Assembly: GCA_054600435.1 (NCBI GenBank)
Contig: BAAIJX010000011.1
Location: 62,001-126,000 of the forward strand
DNA length: 64,000 bases
DNA from: Neophaeotheca triangularis
Lineage: Eukaryota
Direction of reading: 5' to 3'
The notes under the pieces were generated by a model. That model did not search any database, had not been told where the DNA came from, and worked only from the letters and a program-made list of their open reading frames with translations. Below are positions 1 to 12,600 of this stretch, piece by piece (within the stretch, counting starts at the first letter, position 1; every line of letters begins with the position of its first letter). Position numbers and translations under genes: made by a program.

Positions 1-893
1 TCCTCAATTACGCTACCCAGTCATGGCAAACCAACTACTGCACCACCTCCATAAGCTCGGCCTCGATAGCAGAAACCTTAAGCCACAGACCCTGGTTTCT
101 GCTCGTGCACATAGACGCTCCGCTGTCAGTCCGATGGAAGAGGCACTGCCAACGCTCCAAAGACCTGGCCAAGATCAACGCCCAGTCACTCGCAAACACA
201 GACTCCTTCTCCTCGGAAGAAGTCACCTTAGAACGCTTCGTCTCAATCAACGACAGTCACCTCTACGACCCGACAGCCCAACGAGCCTCTCTAGCCTCCC
301 ACGCGCACCTCCAACTCCTCAATACCGCCCCCTCGCTCCCAACCCTGCACCAACACCTCCGCGCCCTCAACCTCCCGGACTCCGCCCGCCTCCGCCCGAC
401 CTGGGACCACTACTTCATGACCCTCGCCAGCCTGGCCAGCAAACGCAGCAACTGCATGCGGCGCCGAGTCGGCTGCGTGCTAATCCGCAACAACCGCGTC
501 ATCAGCACCGGCTACAACGGCACACCGCGGAACGTGGTAAACTGCAACTCCGGCGGGTGCCCGAGGTGCAACTCGGCGGCTTCGACAGCCGGCGGCGCCG
601 CGCTGGCTACGTGTCTCTGCTTGCACGCCGAGGAGAATGCTTTGCTGGAAGCGGGTAGGGAGAGGATTGGCAACGAGGCGGTGCTGTATTGTGATACTTG
701 TCCGTGTTTGACGTGTAGTATCAAGATTGTGCAGGTGGGGATTGGGGAGGTGGTTTTTAGCAAGGGGTATTATATGGATGAGGCAAGTGCGAGGATCTTC
801 AAGGAGGCTGGGGTTAGGTTGAGGCAGTTTAGTCCCGTTAAGGAGGGATTGGTGGTTTTGGGGGAGTTGGGGGAGGGCGTGCCGGGGGTTTGA
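1..893 (+). CDS. DCD1: dCMP deaminase (5'-partial; frame open from position 3)
   Basis: RPTWDHYFM, RSNCMRRRVG, STGYNG, CLHAEENALLEAG and PCLTC zinc-deaminase motifs; TGA ends at 893. Confidence 0.93.
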   Translation, partial: LNYATQSWQTNYCTTSISSASIAETLSHRPWFLLVHIDAPLSVRWKRHCQRSKDLAKINAQSLANTDSFSSEEVTLERFVSINDSHLYDPTAQRASLASHAHLQLLNTAPSLPTLHQHLRALNLPDSARLRPTWDHYFMTLASLASKRSNCMRRRVGCVLIRNNRVISTGYNGTPRNVVNCNSGGCPRCNSAASTAGGAALATCLCLHAEENALLEAGRERIGNEAVLYCDTCPCLTCSIKIVQVGIGEVVFSKGYYMDEASARIFKEAGVRLRQFSPVKEGLVVLGELGEGVPGV

Positions 894-1753
894 GGATAGT
901 ACTGCTTTCGATCTCTATGGTGGTTTGGGGAGCTGGGAGGAGAGGGGTTCTCGTTGGTTCGCTGTGTGCTGGCATTGCGGTAGGGCGAGCTCGTAAGGCA
1001 TGCATTGACGAGACACCAAGCGTGCTGTGAAACCACAGTGTGGCCAGCGACAGCCGCTTCCTGGTCTGGGATTTATGGACTGTCAATACTGGAACTGCCC
1101 GCTAGACCAACTTGGCTTTCCCACAGTCCGGGCCTCAAGCCGTCGAAGGCGTCGAGAACGCCCTTAAAAAACCTCCAATGTCCAACACACAAAAGATACC
1201 CGGTTCCCGGTTTGTGGATGGCATGCATATGAGACAAGGCTGGGCATTCGAGCAGAGGTGACTTGAACGGCATCGACCTGAGAGCTGCCGCTGTGGTAGA
1301 TCCGGCGCAGCGAGGGCGCTTTTGTCGCCGGCTTTCGATGTATGAATGGGGCTATGTGTGAGATAGGCTGAATGCCCTGATATTGGATGAATGAGCGCAG
1401 GCTGGGTATATAGCCTGTAGTTAGCAGTAGGATGGTCTCATGCCTCGTTAGCTTTTTCAAGGCATCAGTATTTCCATGCGTTGTGCTCAACCTCTCGCAG
1501 CGAGTACAAGATGGATTGATAAAGGAAAGTCCATCGGATAAGATCCGGACGCATATCCCGCCATGGATCGGGAGTAGGAAAGTCAAGGGCGTTGGAAAGA
1601 GGAGTCGTGTACACGCTTCAGCCGGAGCTCGCTACGTAAAACGCTACACAGCCTCGCACATGCACACCGGCAACCGCCTTCCTCCACCACCACAACCGCT
1701 GCCAAAATAGACGCCGTATGGTATTCCCCCACATCCGTTCCGCATCGATACGC

Positions 1754-2544
1754 TTAGAACACAAGGGCGGCACCCTTGGTCTTCTTGTCACCACTGTAGA
1801 GAGTGTTAGTATCCATATCTTCCGCATCTTGATGGAGATGGTCTTGTGTAGTGTGATGGCATACCCCAACTCGAAGTGCTTGCAACGCTTAAGCGCCAGC
1901 TGGGCCTTGGTCTTGCAGGCAGTGCATTCTAACCGCAGCACGACCTTCTTGGTCGTCTTGGCTTTCTTGTGGAAGACGGGCTTAGTTTGACCACCGTATC
2001 CGGACTGCTTGCGGTCGTAACGGCGCTTTCCTTGCGCGAAGAGGGAAGCCTGTGCGTGGAGAGTGTGTGAGTGCGCGGTTCCAAAGATGCCATTGAGGGA
2101 TTCAATGTGTTGGGATCGATGCGTACCTTGCCGGCCTTGTACTGGGTCACCTTGTGCTGGGTGTGCTTCTTGCAGTCCTTGCCCTTGCAGTAGGTGCGGC
2201 GGGTTTTGGGAACGTTGACCTGAAGCGGTGGTGTCAGTGGTTGCCCTTTTCGGCGTCAATTGCTGATGGCCTCGGGCCTGGCTGCTGCTGTTGTTGTGTC
2301 CAATCTGTCCATTCTTGTTTCCAAGTCGCGTTATGCCACGCGCATGTCTCGTTGAAAGTTATTTCCCAGCCCATCATGCTCTCAATATTTCTTCTGATGC
2401 GCCCGGTGCCTCTGCCATCCGTCTTTTCCCTTTCCCACAATGACAGCCATCCACAATCCTTCGCCTTCATTTGCAATCCCAACACGGCAACAACGGCGAC
2501 AGCAGCCAGGGCCCAATAACATCCAGCAAGCCGTGTCTTACCAT
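1754..2544 (-). CDS. RPL42: 60S ribosomal protein eL42 (L44/L36a), 4 exons
   Basis: Exons 2544-2542 (ATG), 2219-2127, 2049-1865, 1793-1754 with GT-AG introns give [15 protein letters not shown]...[19 protein letters not shown]...KGAALVF*. Confidence 0.97.
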
Positions 2545-2801
2545 CTTGAATGAGTTTGTCGGGGGTTGTCGTCGGGTCGGTGTGTGGCGTCGAAGAGGTG
2601 CACGATTATTCCACTGGCTCTGGCTGATGAGGTTGTTCGGCTTTGATTTTCGAGCGCCAAGACACCTCAGTCAGCTCGCACGTGCCACACGCGAAATGGC
2701 TGTGTGAGGGGAAAGCCGAAGGACTTCACTCCATCAAAGCCTGCCACGGCGATTATCGACGACAACCACCACCTCGACAAACACCGCCATCCGCAGCCAA
2801 G
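2545..2801. promoter_or_regulatory. Putative bidirectional promoter shared by RPL42 and RPL19
   Basis: Only 257 bp separate two divergent ribosomal-protein start codons; palindromic GCACGTGC (E-box) near the middle at about 2678-2685. Confidence 0.6.
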
Positions 2802-3780
2802 ATGTACGTATCGCCCATTGAAGATGATTGAGAGTGTGCTGAGGGTAGATGGGATGTGAGAATGAGGAAGAGGAGGGTGGTGATGGAAAAGCCGCGCCGA
2901 ATATCGCACACTCGCCACTGCACACGAGCAGCATGAAAGGGCACGACAATGGTCGAAAATTTCATATACTAACATCACCCTCCTTCTCACAGGGTGAACC
3001 TCCGTACCCAGAAGCGCCTGGCGGCCTCTGTCGCCGACTGCGGCAAGCGCAAGATCTGGCTGGACCCCAACGAAGTCAACGAGATCTCCAACGCCAACTC
3101 TCGCCAGACCGTCCGCAAGCTCATCAGCGACGGCCTCATCATCCGCAAGCCCGTCACCGTCCACTCCCGCTCTCGCGCCAGGGAGTTGACTGCCGCGAGG
3201 CGTGTCGGCAGGCACAGGGGTTTCGGTAAGAGGAAGGGTACGGCTGATGCCCGTATGCCAAGGTACGTTTGATCACTCGAGGAGGATAAGAGATGGGCGG
3301 TACATTGGATGAGATCTGGCTCGGAGGTTGAGCAAGGACTTGGGGAGGATATATCGGCAACGGTGTACTGACAACCCTTACAGCCAGATCATGTGGATGC
3401 GCCGTCTCCGTGTCCTCCGCCGTCTATTGGTCAAGTACCGTGCCGCCGGCAAGATCGACAAGCACCTCTACCACGAGCTCTACCACCTGAGCAAGGGTAA
3501 CACCTTCAAGCACAAGCGCGCCCTTGTCGAGCACGTAAGTTGGCAACCTTGGAACATGACATCACGACATCCCGGATGTTTTCCGAGAGAACTCCTACTA
3601 ACACACTTCCTCAAACAGATCCACAGGGCCAAGGCCGAAGCCCAGCGCGAGAAGGCCATCAAGGACGAGATGGACGCCAAGCGTGCGAAGAACCGCGCCG
3701 CCCGCGAGAGGAGGCAGGAGCGCGTGCAGGCCAAGAGGAACCAGTACACCGGCGAGGAGGAGACCACTGCTGCCCAGTAG
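2802..3780 (+). CDS. RPL19: 60S ribosomal protein eL19, 4 exons; intron 1 splits the start codon (AT^G)
   Basis: Exons 2802-2803, 2993-3262, 3384-3534, 3619-3780 give [14 protein letters not shown]...WLDPNE...[27 protein letters not shown]...[10 protein letters not shown]. Confidence 0.97.
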
Positions 3781-4412
3781 ACGCGTCTTTTCCATCGTTC
3801 GTTGGGTGTGCTTTCGTAAGGTTCGCGGTTACAATTACCAAATACATGCACGCTTCCTCATTCCTCCTTCGGCAGACGCGTGGGATGCATGGCACTGGGA
3901 GACCGGTGATCGGCGTGTAGCTACAATTTGTTGTCGTAGCACGTATTCAATGGCGTTGGCATGTGCTATGTTCTTCATGCCTGAGACAGTTGATACAATG
4001 AAGTCTTTGATCTGAAATGTAAACCGGGACTGCCGGTGCCGCGAGTCAAAAGACTCACTACTTCTCGCGAGCAGTCTTTTTCCATGAATCCAGGCATCTG
4101 TTCACCACCATTCGCGCATCTTATCACATGTGAGACATGAGGTAATCAAGGACCTTTAATGTAGTTCTGCCCACATAGGACATGTATTTCAAGCCTAGCG
4201 AGAGTTGTGCAGCGGCAGGCCAACCCCTCAAAAAGCAACTCAATTGACGGCAAAAAGACATCTGGGTATCATGTCGCGCTCCTTAGCCAACTCAGCAAAC
4301 GACATCCTCCACTGCCACATCTGCTCGTCCTCCGACACCAACAACCTCATGACCCTCACCTTGCTCGGCACAAATCCCGAAACTCCAGACTTCCCACCTC
4401 CACCTCAGCCTC

Positions 4413-6096
4413 TCATTCTTTCGTGAAATCAAACTCTTCAAAAACCCGCCCAAAGCCCTCCTTATCCCCTTCTTCCTCGCTCTTGCTCTGGGCACAATCC
4501 CTCCACTGCACCCTCCCCTCCAACCCCAGAAGTTTCGCGCAAACCCTCCGCCCAAACTGCAAATCAAACCTGCTCCCGCCTGCAATCGGCACCACTAGAG
4601 CCTTCTCGTCTCCCGTTTCAGCATCCCAGACCACAGCCTTGAAATAGTCAGAGCTGTTCTCGACGTCCGTGATCTCGGTGGGGGAAGTGATCGGCGGCGG
4701 GAGGTTCTGATTTTCGGCCTCCACTGCGAAGGCGGAGATGATGAGATTCGAGGTGATGAGGTGTTGCGGGAGCGGGAGGAATTGCAGGTGGTGGTGGACG
4801 CCGCTTTGGCGGGCGATTTGCCAGGTTACGGCGCCGAGGGTCGGTTTTTTCGTGCTGGAGTCCTGAGATTTGGCGGCGAGCATCTTGTGCAAACTTTGCC
4901 GGTAGCGCTCGGTTTCCGCTTGGGTTTTGGTACGGGAGTCGGAGTCGGGGATTGATTGGAGGGTCGGGGAATGGTGGAGGGGGATGATCAGCATGTGACC
5001 GCGGACGCCGGAGAGGGAGGGAAATGTTTGAGGGGTGGAGAGAGGCCCTTTGGCGATTGTGAGGTATGATTCGTCCGCGATGGAGCAGATCATGTGTGTC
5101 TCGCAGGCCGCATTTGAGAGGCAGAAGAAGCATTGATCCGGGCCCGGAGGTGGGCCACGGGCGCGTTTGTTCCCTTTACCACCGTGATTCCCATTGGCAA
5201 AGCGGTGGTTGGGAGGGTTCAGTTCGTCGTCAGCACTGCGCTTGTTGCGCTTCGTGAAGAAGGGGGACGCGGTGGCGTTTGGAGGAATTTGAGCTGGCGC
5301 TGGTGCAGACGGCTCGAGCTCGAATGCAAAGATCCACTTTTGTTTGGACGTATTACCGAACTCTGCCAAACTGATAAAAGAGGTAAGAGGCCTAGGTGTC
5401 GGTCCATCGTGAAAGAACGGCTCGCGAGTGAACGCGTGCTCTGAAGCTGAGAAGTGGTAGCGGGGCTTTAGAGCACCGCACAATTCCCCGAGCTTGTGAG
5501 AGCCATCTGGGGTCACACCGCCGAAGAACGCCTTCGAGCCTCTCCTGATGTGGGCGGGCCAGTCGTTGGTTACGAGGATGTCGGCGCTGTTGTAGCCCTT
5601 GGCCACGTTCGCGTCTCGGTCTTCGTATGTGGGTTGGAAATCGCTGAGAGCCTCATCAGGATCCGCAGCACGGAAGGTGCCTCCCACAGTGACGACTTTG
5701 AATCCGTCCGTGGTCTTAATGGAAGTCTTCCTTCCAAGGAAAGTGAGATTCTCGCAGACATCGCCGGCGGCGTCTTCTTTGGAAAGCTGCTGGATGATGG
5801 CGGGTGGGAGTACACGACGACCAAGAGTGAAGTACGTCTGTACCGGAACCTTGATGTCTCCATTTAGTAGCTTGGCAAGTTCGGCCTGATCCTCATCCGT
5901 GCTGGTAGACTGATCCGCGAAGAGACAGCCACAGACGAGAACGAAAGCGAAGTCGTGCTGCTTCTGAAGTCCGGTGATCTTGTCGAAGAACTTCGAGAGC
6001 TGGCCATTGATGTCGCCGACGGCCGCACTATACTAAGGTTAGCGAATGTATCTTGGAAATCCAGAAGTAGGTTCATCCGTACATCTTGCGCGACAT
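4413..6096 (-). CDS. CWF19-like/CwfJ (Drn1-type) protein: N-terminal metallophosphoesterase-like fold plus CwfJ C-terminal domains
   Basis: Exons 6096-6083 and 6027-4413; MSRKIAAVGDINGQ, DILVTNDWP, LKPRYHFS, REPF, CFFCLSN, GHMLIIPLHH, FDLQFGRRV. Confidence 0.88.
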
Positions 6097-6238
6097 GATG
6101 AACGAAAGTGAAATGTAAGGGGTGAGTAGGTCGATTGAGGTCCGCTTTGATATGGCAAAGACTCAATGTATTGTGAAAGCCCTTTGACGTTAAGACAAGG
6201 TAGAGAGGCTTGAATCAAAGACAGGTGGTAGAGTTCTA

Positions 6239-6267
6239 GTTGTTGTTGTTGTTGTTGTTGTTGTTGT
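6239..6267. repeat. (GTT)n microsatellite, about 9-10 copies
   Basis: Read directly. Confidence 0.9.
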
Positions 6268-6673
6268 AGAAGGAGTAAGGTTAGAAGCCTCGAGCAGAAG
6301 CAACAGCTTAGTTTTGTTAATCGCGGAAACACGCTAAGACAAATCTGGATAGTAGAACTTCTGTTCCCTATGCTATCGCAAGGCGCTTATCGGTGAATTA
6401 GAATAGTTCAACATTATTCACATGAAGGTTGCTTCAAACAACTATAAAGATATTTGAAGTGAAATACTTTCTAAGGTCAGAGAAAAACGGCAATCGAGTA
6501 AGTGAAGTCCGAACCCAGCAGTCTGGACAGGCCGTAGCGGCAGGGGACGGTCCGCTGGCCGCCCCCGCAAAAGCATGGGCCACCGAGTCTGTGAGCTTGA
6601 GCCTCAAGAAAAAAAAGATACGAAGACCTCGCCATCCGGTCCATTTTGCGCCTACCACAATGATACCGTAGTC

Positions 6674-9600
6674 ATGGCACCAATATCAAGACCCAGGTCT
6701 GTAAAGGCTTCCAAAGTGGTCAAACCCAAGACTAGCCGGAAAACGGGCACACCTTCTTCCCGACAACACCGCTTCCAACCCTTCTCGGAACGAATCGCAA
6801 AGTTGAAAATTGATGCTGTCAGAAGGCGAAGGGCAGATCAAGAAGAGCTATCGGAAGACTCAGCATCATACTTGGGACGCTCACTAGAAGAATGGCTGGA
6901 CCTGAATCTTTCCCGTACCTTTACGGAGTTCCAGAAGCATTTGTTGCCGCTGTGCGACAGCTTGCCAGAAGTGCTTCACAACGACGACAGAATCATGGAC
7001 TTGCTGGTGACATACATCGAAAAGGGCGATGCACTTGCTATGGAGCCGCTGCTCAGTCTGATGTCGCATTTCGCCCATGATCTGGACAGCAGGTTCGAGA
7101 AACACTTCCAGCGGGCTGTGGGCACGGTAGCTGCGGTTGCTGCGAAGCATTCGGACCCCGCTGTGATAGAATGGAGCTTTACATGTCTTGCGTTTTTGTT
7201 CAAATATCTGCAAAGACTCCTAACGCCCAACCTACGACCTTTATACGATCTGATGGCGCCGTACCTGGGGAAAGAAATACAGAAGCCGTTCATCATCCGG
7301 TTTACGGCTGAATCTCTAAGCTTTCTTGCCAGGAAGGCAGCGGTCAAGTACGAGAGAGATCCTGAGCCCTTGGACTTGATCATGAGGCATATGCTGGAGG
7401 ATGCAGCTCAACCCGGAACAAGTCACTCGGACAATCTCCACTGTCAGGGTGTCATGACCCTGCTCACCGAGGCCATCACTGGCGCGCAGCATGGATTGCA
7501 CACTGGGGGAAACGCCGTTGTCCGGAGTCTGATGAAGCACGTCATGATGTTTGGAGGAAGCGAAAAAGAGGATGCTGCGACGAACATCCTTACTGGTGTA
7601 CTAACCAGCACAATTCATCATACCACTCCCGAGACCTTCAGCCCCGTCTTAGACTCAGTAGTCTTCATTTCGAACTCGGAGAAAGGTGACGCAAGAGTTA
7701 AGATCGCAAGCCACGCTTTATTCACAATAGTATCTGTACGGAAGGCTTCTAGGGTAACAGACTGGAATTCTTTACTCGATGTGCTCACCAGTACGATCCG
7801 CTCTGGTATCGAGTCAGAGTCATGGTCTGATACTACCCGAGAAGCTGTTTTGGGTGCTTTCGCCATCTCAATGCAGTCCGCACCGGTCAATGCAATCCTT
7901 TCTCGGCAGGCTTTCTTCGGCGATTTGAGGAATGGTCAGTGGTCCTCACACTTTCTCCGCTTCTGCGACCTTTTCGCGCGTCTTGGTCGGGAACGGTTCG
8001 ACACGTTCGTCTTGCCTTGCTTCAAGAAGTTTGTTGTCGAGCAATTCTCGGGGAACGAGAAGCAGACTTGCTCTTTGCTCCCTCAATTGTTGAGTGGACG
8101 AGCATCAGCCCAGCCTCAATGCCCGGAGAAGTTGCAAAAATGGATACTGCATAGTATCAAACAAATCCATTTGAATGCTGAGCACGCCGACGCATTGTCA
8201 TCTGCAAATGAAGCGCTCAGTGCCAGCTCTTACTTGAAAATTAGCGACGAAACAACCGCTGAACTCCGAACTAGCCTTCTCGACATTCTCCGCAGGGCTC
8301 TTAATTCAGCTGATGATATCCCTACATCTCTATTGGGCTTCGCGACAGGGCCTGTGCTAGCCCGCTTGCTCGAGCTATCCGAAGACGATGCCCAATTATC
8401 GGCATCTCTCCCTAGTTTGTTCGCCGCGAGCCACCGTTGCATGGCCATGCCGTCTTTTTGGAGCAACCTCTTCCACTTGATCAAGCGATCTCCGGCTGTG
8501 AAAACCAACACTCCCGACATGGAAACGCTCAGGGAAGCATTGATAGACTCCCTCGCACTGCCCTCCCACAGCATACGTGAGATAGTCTTGGACATCTTGC
8601 AACTACTCTACCAACAAGAAGGCGCAAAAGAATCAGAAGCCTTGGCGTCGGCGATCAGAGTCGAATCTATGCCCGTCAGTCTGGACACCAGTCGCGAGAT
8701 TAACATGAACATTCGCAGGCTCGCAAGCGCCTATTCGGAAGTGGCCGAGAATGACTTGCTGTGCAGGGCGATCCCAATGTACTGCTTTGGATTGCTTCAT
8801 CTAAAGCTCTCTCAGGCCTGGGACGAAGCTATTAACACGATGGCAGAGATTTGCAAGCACTCAAAGGGCGAAGAGATAGTCATTGGGTTGACTCAAAAGT
8901 GGCTTGAAGGCGGCAGCGACTTCGATGTCGAGACAGTCGAGACAAATGCCATCGTCGATGTCAATACGGACGGGTTCAAAGTGTTCTCTGACTTTGCGTG
9001 CCCAAATAAGGCCAAAATCACTGCAATCGTTGAGCAAGTCTTCCAGCAAGAGAACAGCGGCTACCCTTCGCCAAAGCAACAACTCAAAGCCGCCTCGCAA
9101 CAAGTCTCTCTCATCTCTCCGAGAGCCAGAGAGCAAGCTCTACGCATCCTGACCAAGCTGCCCCAGTTGGCAGAAAAGCGATCCCGCCTCCTCGTGCCTG
9201 TCTTGCTTAGATGGGCAGGTAGTATCGATTCCTACGACGACGACGAAGCCGGCGCCCAACATCATCAACGCTGGTCTCGCAAAGACCAGAAGTCAATGCT
9301 CAATGTCTTTGCGCAATTTGTCAATCCCAGAGTGCTTTACAAGTCCGAAGAAGTGTATGCTGCTCTGCTCGGTCTTTGTGCAAACGGTGACGCTGAAATC
9401 CAACGTTCGGCGCTCAAGGCGCTTATGGCGTGGAAGATTCCTGCAGTCAATCGTTACGAAGAGCATCTCAACAACCTGTTGGACGATGCTCGGTTCCGAG
9501 AAGAAGTATCAGTCTTCTTGCAAGGCGAAAGCGGAGATGCAGCAATACGGGCTGAAGATCATGGTGAGCTCATGCCTGTGCTGCTCCGTCTACTGTACGG

Positions 9601-12600
9601 ACGAGCCGTGGCTGGGGGCAAGCATGGACAAAATACCCGACGCAAAGCAATCTTTGTTGCATTGGCACAATACGACCCAGCTGTCTTGAAAATGTTTGTC
9701 GATATCGCCCTTTCGTCCGCTAGCAAGAGCGACGTTCTGAGTGAATCTGGCGCGGTCTCTGACGCTGCTCTGCAAGAGCTCAACATGCCTTTGCGACAAC
9801 AATTGGGCATGCTGAACATGGTGTACGATATGCTGGATACTCTAGGGTCGGAACTCGAGCCTTCGGCCCGGCAGATATTCGATGCGGTGTTGCTTTGCTC
9901 TACGAAAGCTTCGCGCGCGCTCAATGTCACCGAGGATACCCAGGAGCTCAAGGATCAGTCTCTTCTCCGGTCCATCAGGCAACTCGGCTTGCAATGTCAG
10001 GTCCGGCTTTTTACCAAATTTGCAGGATCGATCCAGAATGTGCAAGCCAAGGCAGCAGTAGTTGAGCTGGTCACGCCGCGTTTGCCGAATTTCGCCTCCG
10101 AGAACGCGCAATCCGTCTCTGGGATGTTGCGACTCTTCGCAGCGTGGAGTTCCTCCACCGAGACTGTTTCGTACCTCGTCGATTTTGACGAGGGCGTTAT
10201 TGAGCAAATTGCGCGGCTTCTGCGAGAACCCAGCGCAAAAGACGAGGTCAGGCTCTTTGTGCTTCAGGAGATTATCAACAATCTACTGGCGGAGAGCATC
10301 GACCAAGCTGTCTTGGAGCGCTACATCCCAACCATTGTGCAGAGTCTTCGCGAGGTTCTACGTCAACAGCCTGCGAAAGACATCCTCGACGCAGGTGTCA
10401 CCACCACCGCTGAAATTGCTGCACGTATCACTGATCCCAAGGAAGCTGCTGCGGTGGTCGATGTGTGCAGCATGCTGCTTGCGAAGCCTAGCAAAGCAGT
10501 GTCTGCGAGAACCAAAGCCGGGTTGTTACGTACACTGCTTCCCCTTATCGACAGGACTGACATCGATGCTGAGTCCAGCCTCTACGACACGATTTCTGGC
10601 CTCTTTTCGCGCTTATTCGACCAAGACGCTCGCACCGCGCTTTCCGAGGTACTTGTTAAGCTTTGCCGTAACAACGCGGACTTGCTGGTCAGCGCTGATA
10701 TTTGCACTGGAATGAATGCTAGGGACAGCACACGCCTCGACGAGCCCGATCATCAGAAACGCGAGGCAGTCTTTAATGCCATTGCTACGGGTTGCGACGG
10801 CTTCACTCTGAAGCAGTGGAAGCCAATAGTACATAACTGCTTGTTCTATATCCGAGACTCTGAGGACCTTGTGAACCGCACGAGCGCTTCTTCCACGTTG
10901 GAACGCTTCATCGATAAGGCTGTTGTCTCCCCCCAGGTCGACGAATACCGCAGCTTCATGCAAGCCTCCTTGATGCCGAGCATTGAGCGTGGCATGTCAG
11001 AGTCCAGCGAGCTTGTACGGGCAGAGTACCTTCGCATCCTTGGTTGCGTCGTCGTCAAATTCCCCACCTGGTCGGCGGTCGAAGGTCTTGAACCCCTTAC
11101 TGCGAATAACGACGAGGAGGCTTCGTTCTTCCTCAATGCTCTGCACATCCAACACCACCGTCGTCTGCGTGCTGTGAGGCGCTTAGGCGAAGCTCGACTC
11201 AGCTCATACCATGTCACGAAATTATTCCTGCCATTCCTTGAACAGTTCATCTTCGACCGGGCGGAGGGAGATTCCGGTCTGACACTCGCCGACCTCAGCA
11301 TCCAAGCCATCGCATCTCTGGCCGGCTACATGTCTTGGTCGAGCTGGCGAGCAACCTTCAAGCGGTATGCCGGGTATCTTACGACCAAACTTGAGGTGCA
11401 AAAAGCTGTGCTCAGGCTGCTTGGTGCTCTGATTGATGCACTCCATCGTGCCGTCAAAGAGACTGATGAAGATACAGCTATGAATGAGGCTGGCAAGCCT
11501 GCGCTTGCGACCAGCTTACCCCAATCTGACATTCGCTGCGAAAAGACCACCGACGAATTGCTTCCACCACTCACCGACTTCCTGCACCTCAAGGACGAGT
11601 CCACCGTCGATCGTCGTGTACCTGTCGCTCTGACCGTGGTAAAGCTGCTTGATACCCTGCCCGTTTCCGAGTTTGCGCAAAGACTGCCCGGCGTGCTCAT
11701 GAATCTAAGTCAAGTACTGCGAAGCAAGAGCCAAGAAGCGCGCGACCAGACTCGCAAGACTATGTTTGCCATCTCCGCGGTCATCGGGCCTAGGTACTTT
11801 GGTTTCATGGTCAAAGAACTCCGCAGCGCGCTTCGTTTCGGGTATCAGCTGCATGTCATGTCTTTCACGGTGCATTCGCTGCTCGTTTCCGCCGGCGAGC
11901 GTCTCCAGCCGGGCGATCTCGATGAGTTCATCCCTGAGCTGACTTCAGTGATCATGGACGATATCTTCGGTGTCACGGGCCAAGAAAAGGAGGCCGAGGA
12001 GTACAAGAGTGGCATGAAGGAGGTCAAGAGCAGCAAGAGTTTTGACACAATGGAGATTCTGGCGCGGCTTACTAGTGTCCCGCACCTTGGGCAGTTAATT
12101 AAGCCTGTCCGGGCACTGCTGTCCGAGAAGCTCGATTCCAACAGTGTTAAGAAGATTGATGAGCTGCTGATAAGAGTTCGAAAGGGTGTGGATCAGAATC
12201 CTGCTGCCAACTCAAGGGAGATCTTAACCTTTTGCTACGAGATTGTGCGGTTGGTCGAGACCGAGCAAGCTGCCAAAATTGAGAACGATTCTGGTCGCAT
12301 CGGGGAATCAGGCCGTAAGGAGCGCCCAAGAGACGACTACAAAGTCAAGAAATATTTGATCCAAATGAAGTCGAACAAGAAGCTTGGCCTGACTTCTTCG
12401 ACCTCGCACCAATACAAGCTAGTCTCCTTCGGCCTCAGCCTAGTCCGTCGAGTTGTGAGGCGTCACGAAGATCTCGCCAGTCCCGCCAACATGGCCGGCT
12501 TCCTGCCCATAGCAGGTGACGCCCTAATCCAAGGCCACGAGGAAGTCCGCGACGCAGCAGTCAAGCTCCTCTCCACGATCATCAGAGTCCCCTTAGCAAC

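Noticed and set aside
900..1740. Short ORFs and a small hairpin (about 1302-1331) between DCD1 and RPL42
   Set aside because: No recognisable protein, splice pattern or RNA family motif.
1975..1990. Cycloheximide-resistance allele of eL42
   Set aside because: Residue 56 is Pro (QTKP), the ordinary sensitive form, not Gln.
2802..2993. Intron splitting the RPL19 start codon as a novelty
   Set aside because: The same 2-nt first coding exon is known in yeast RPL19, so it is a conserved feature.
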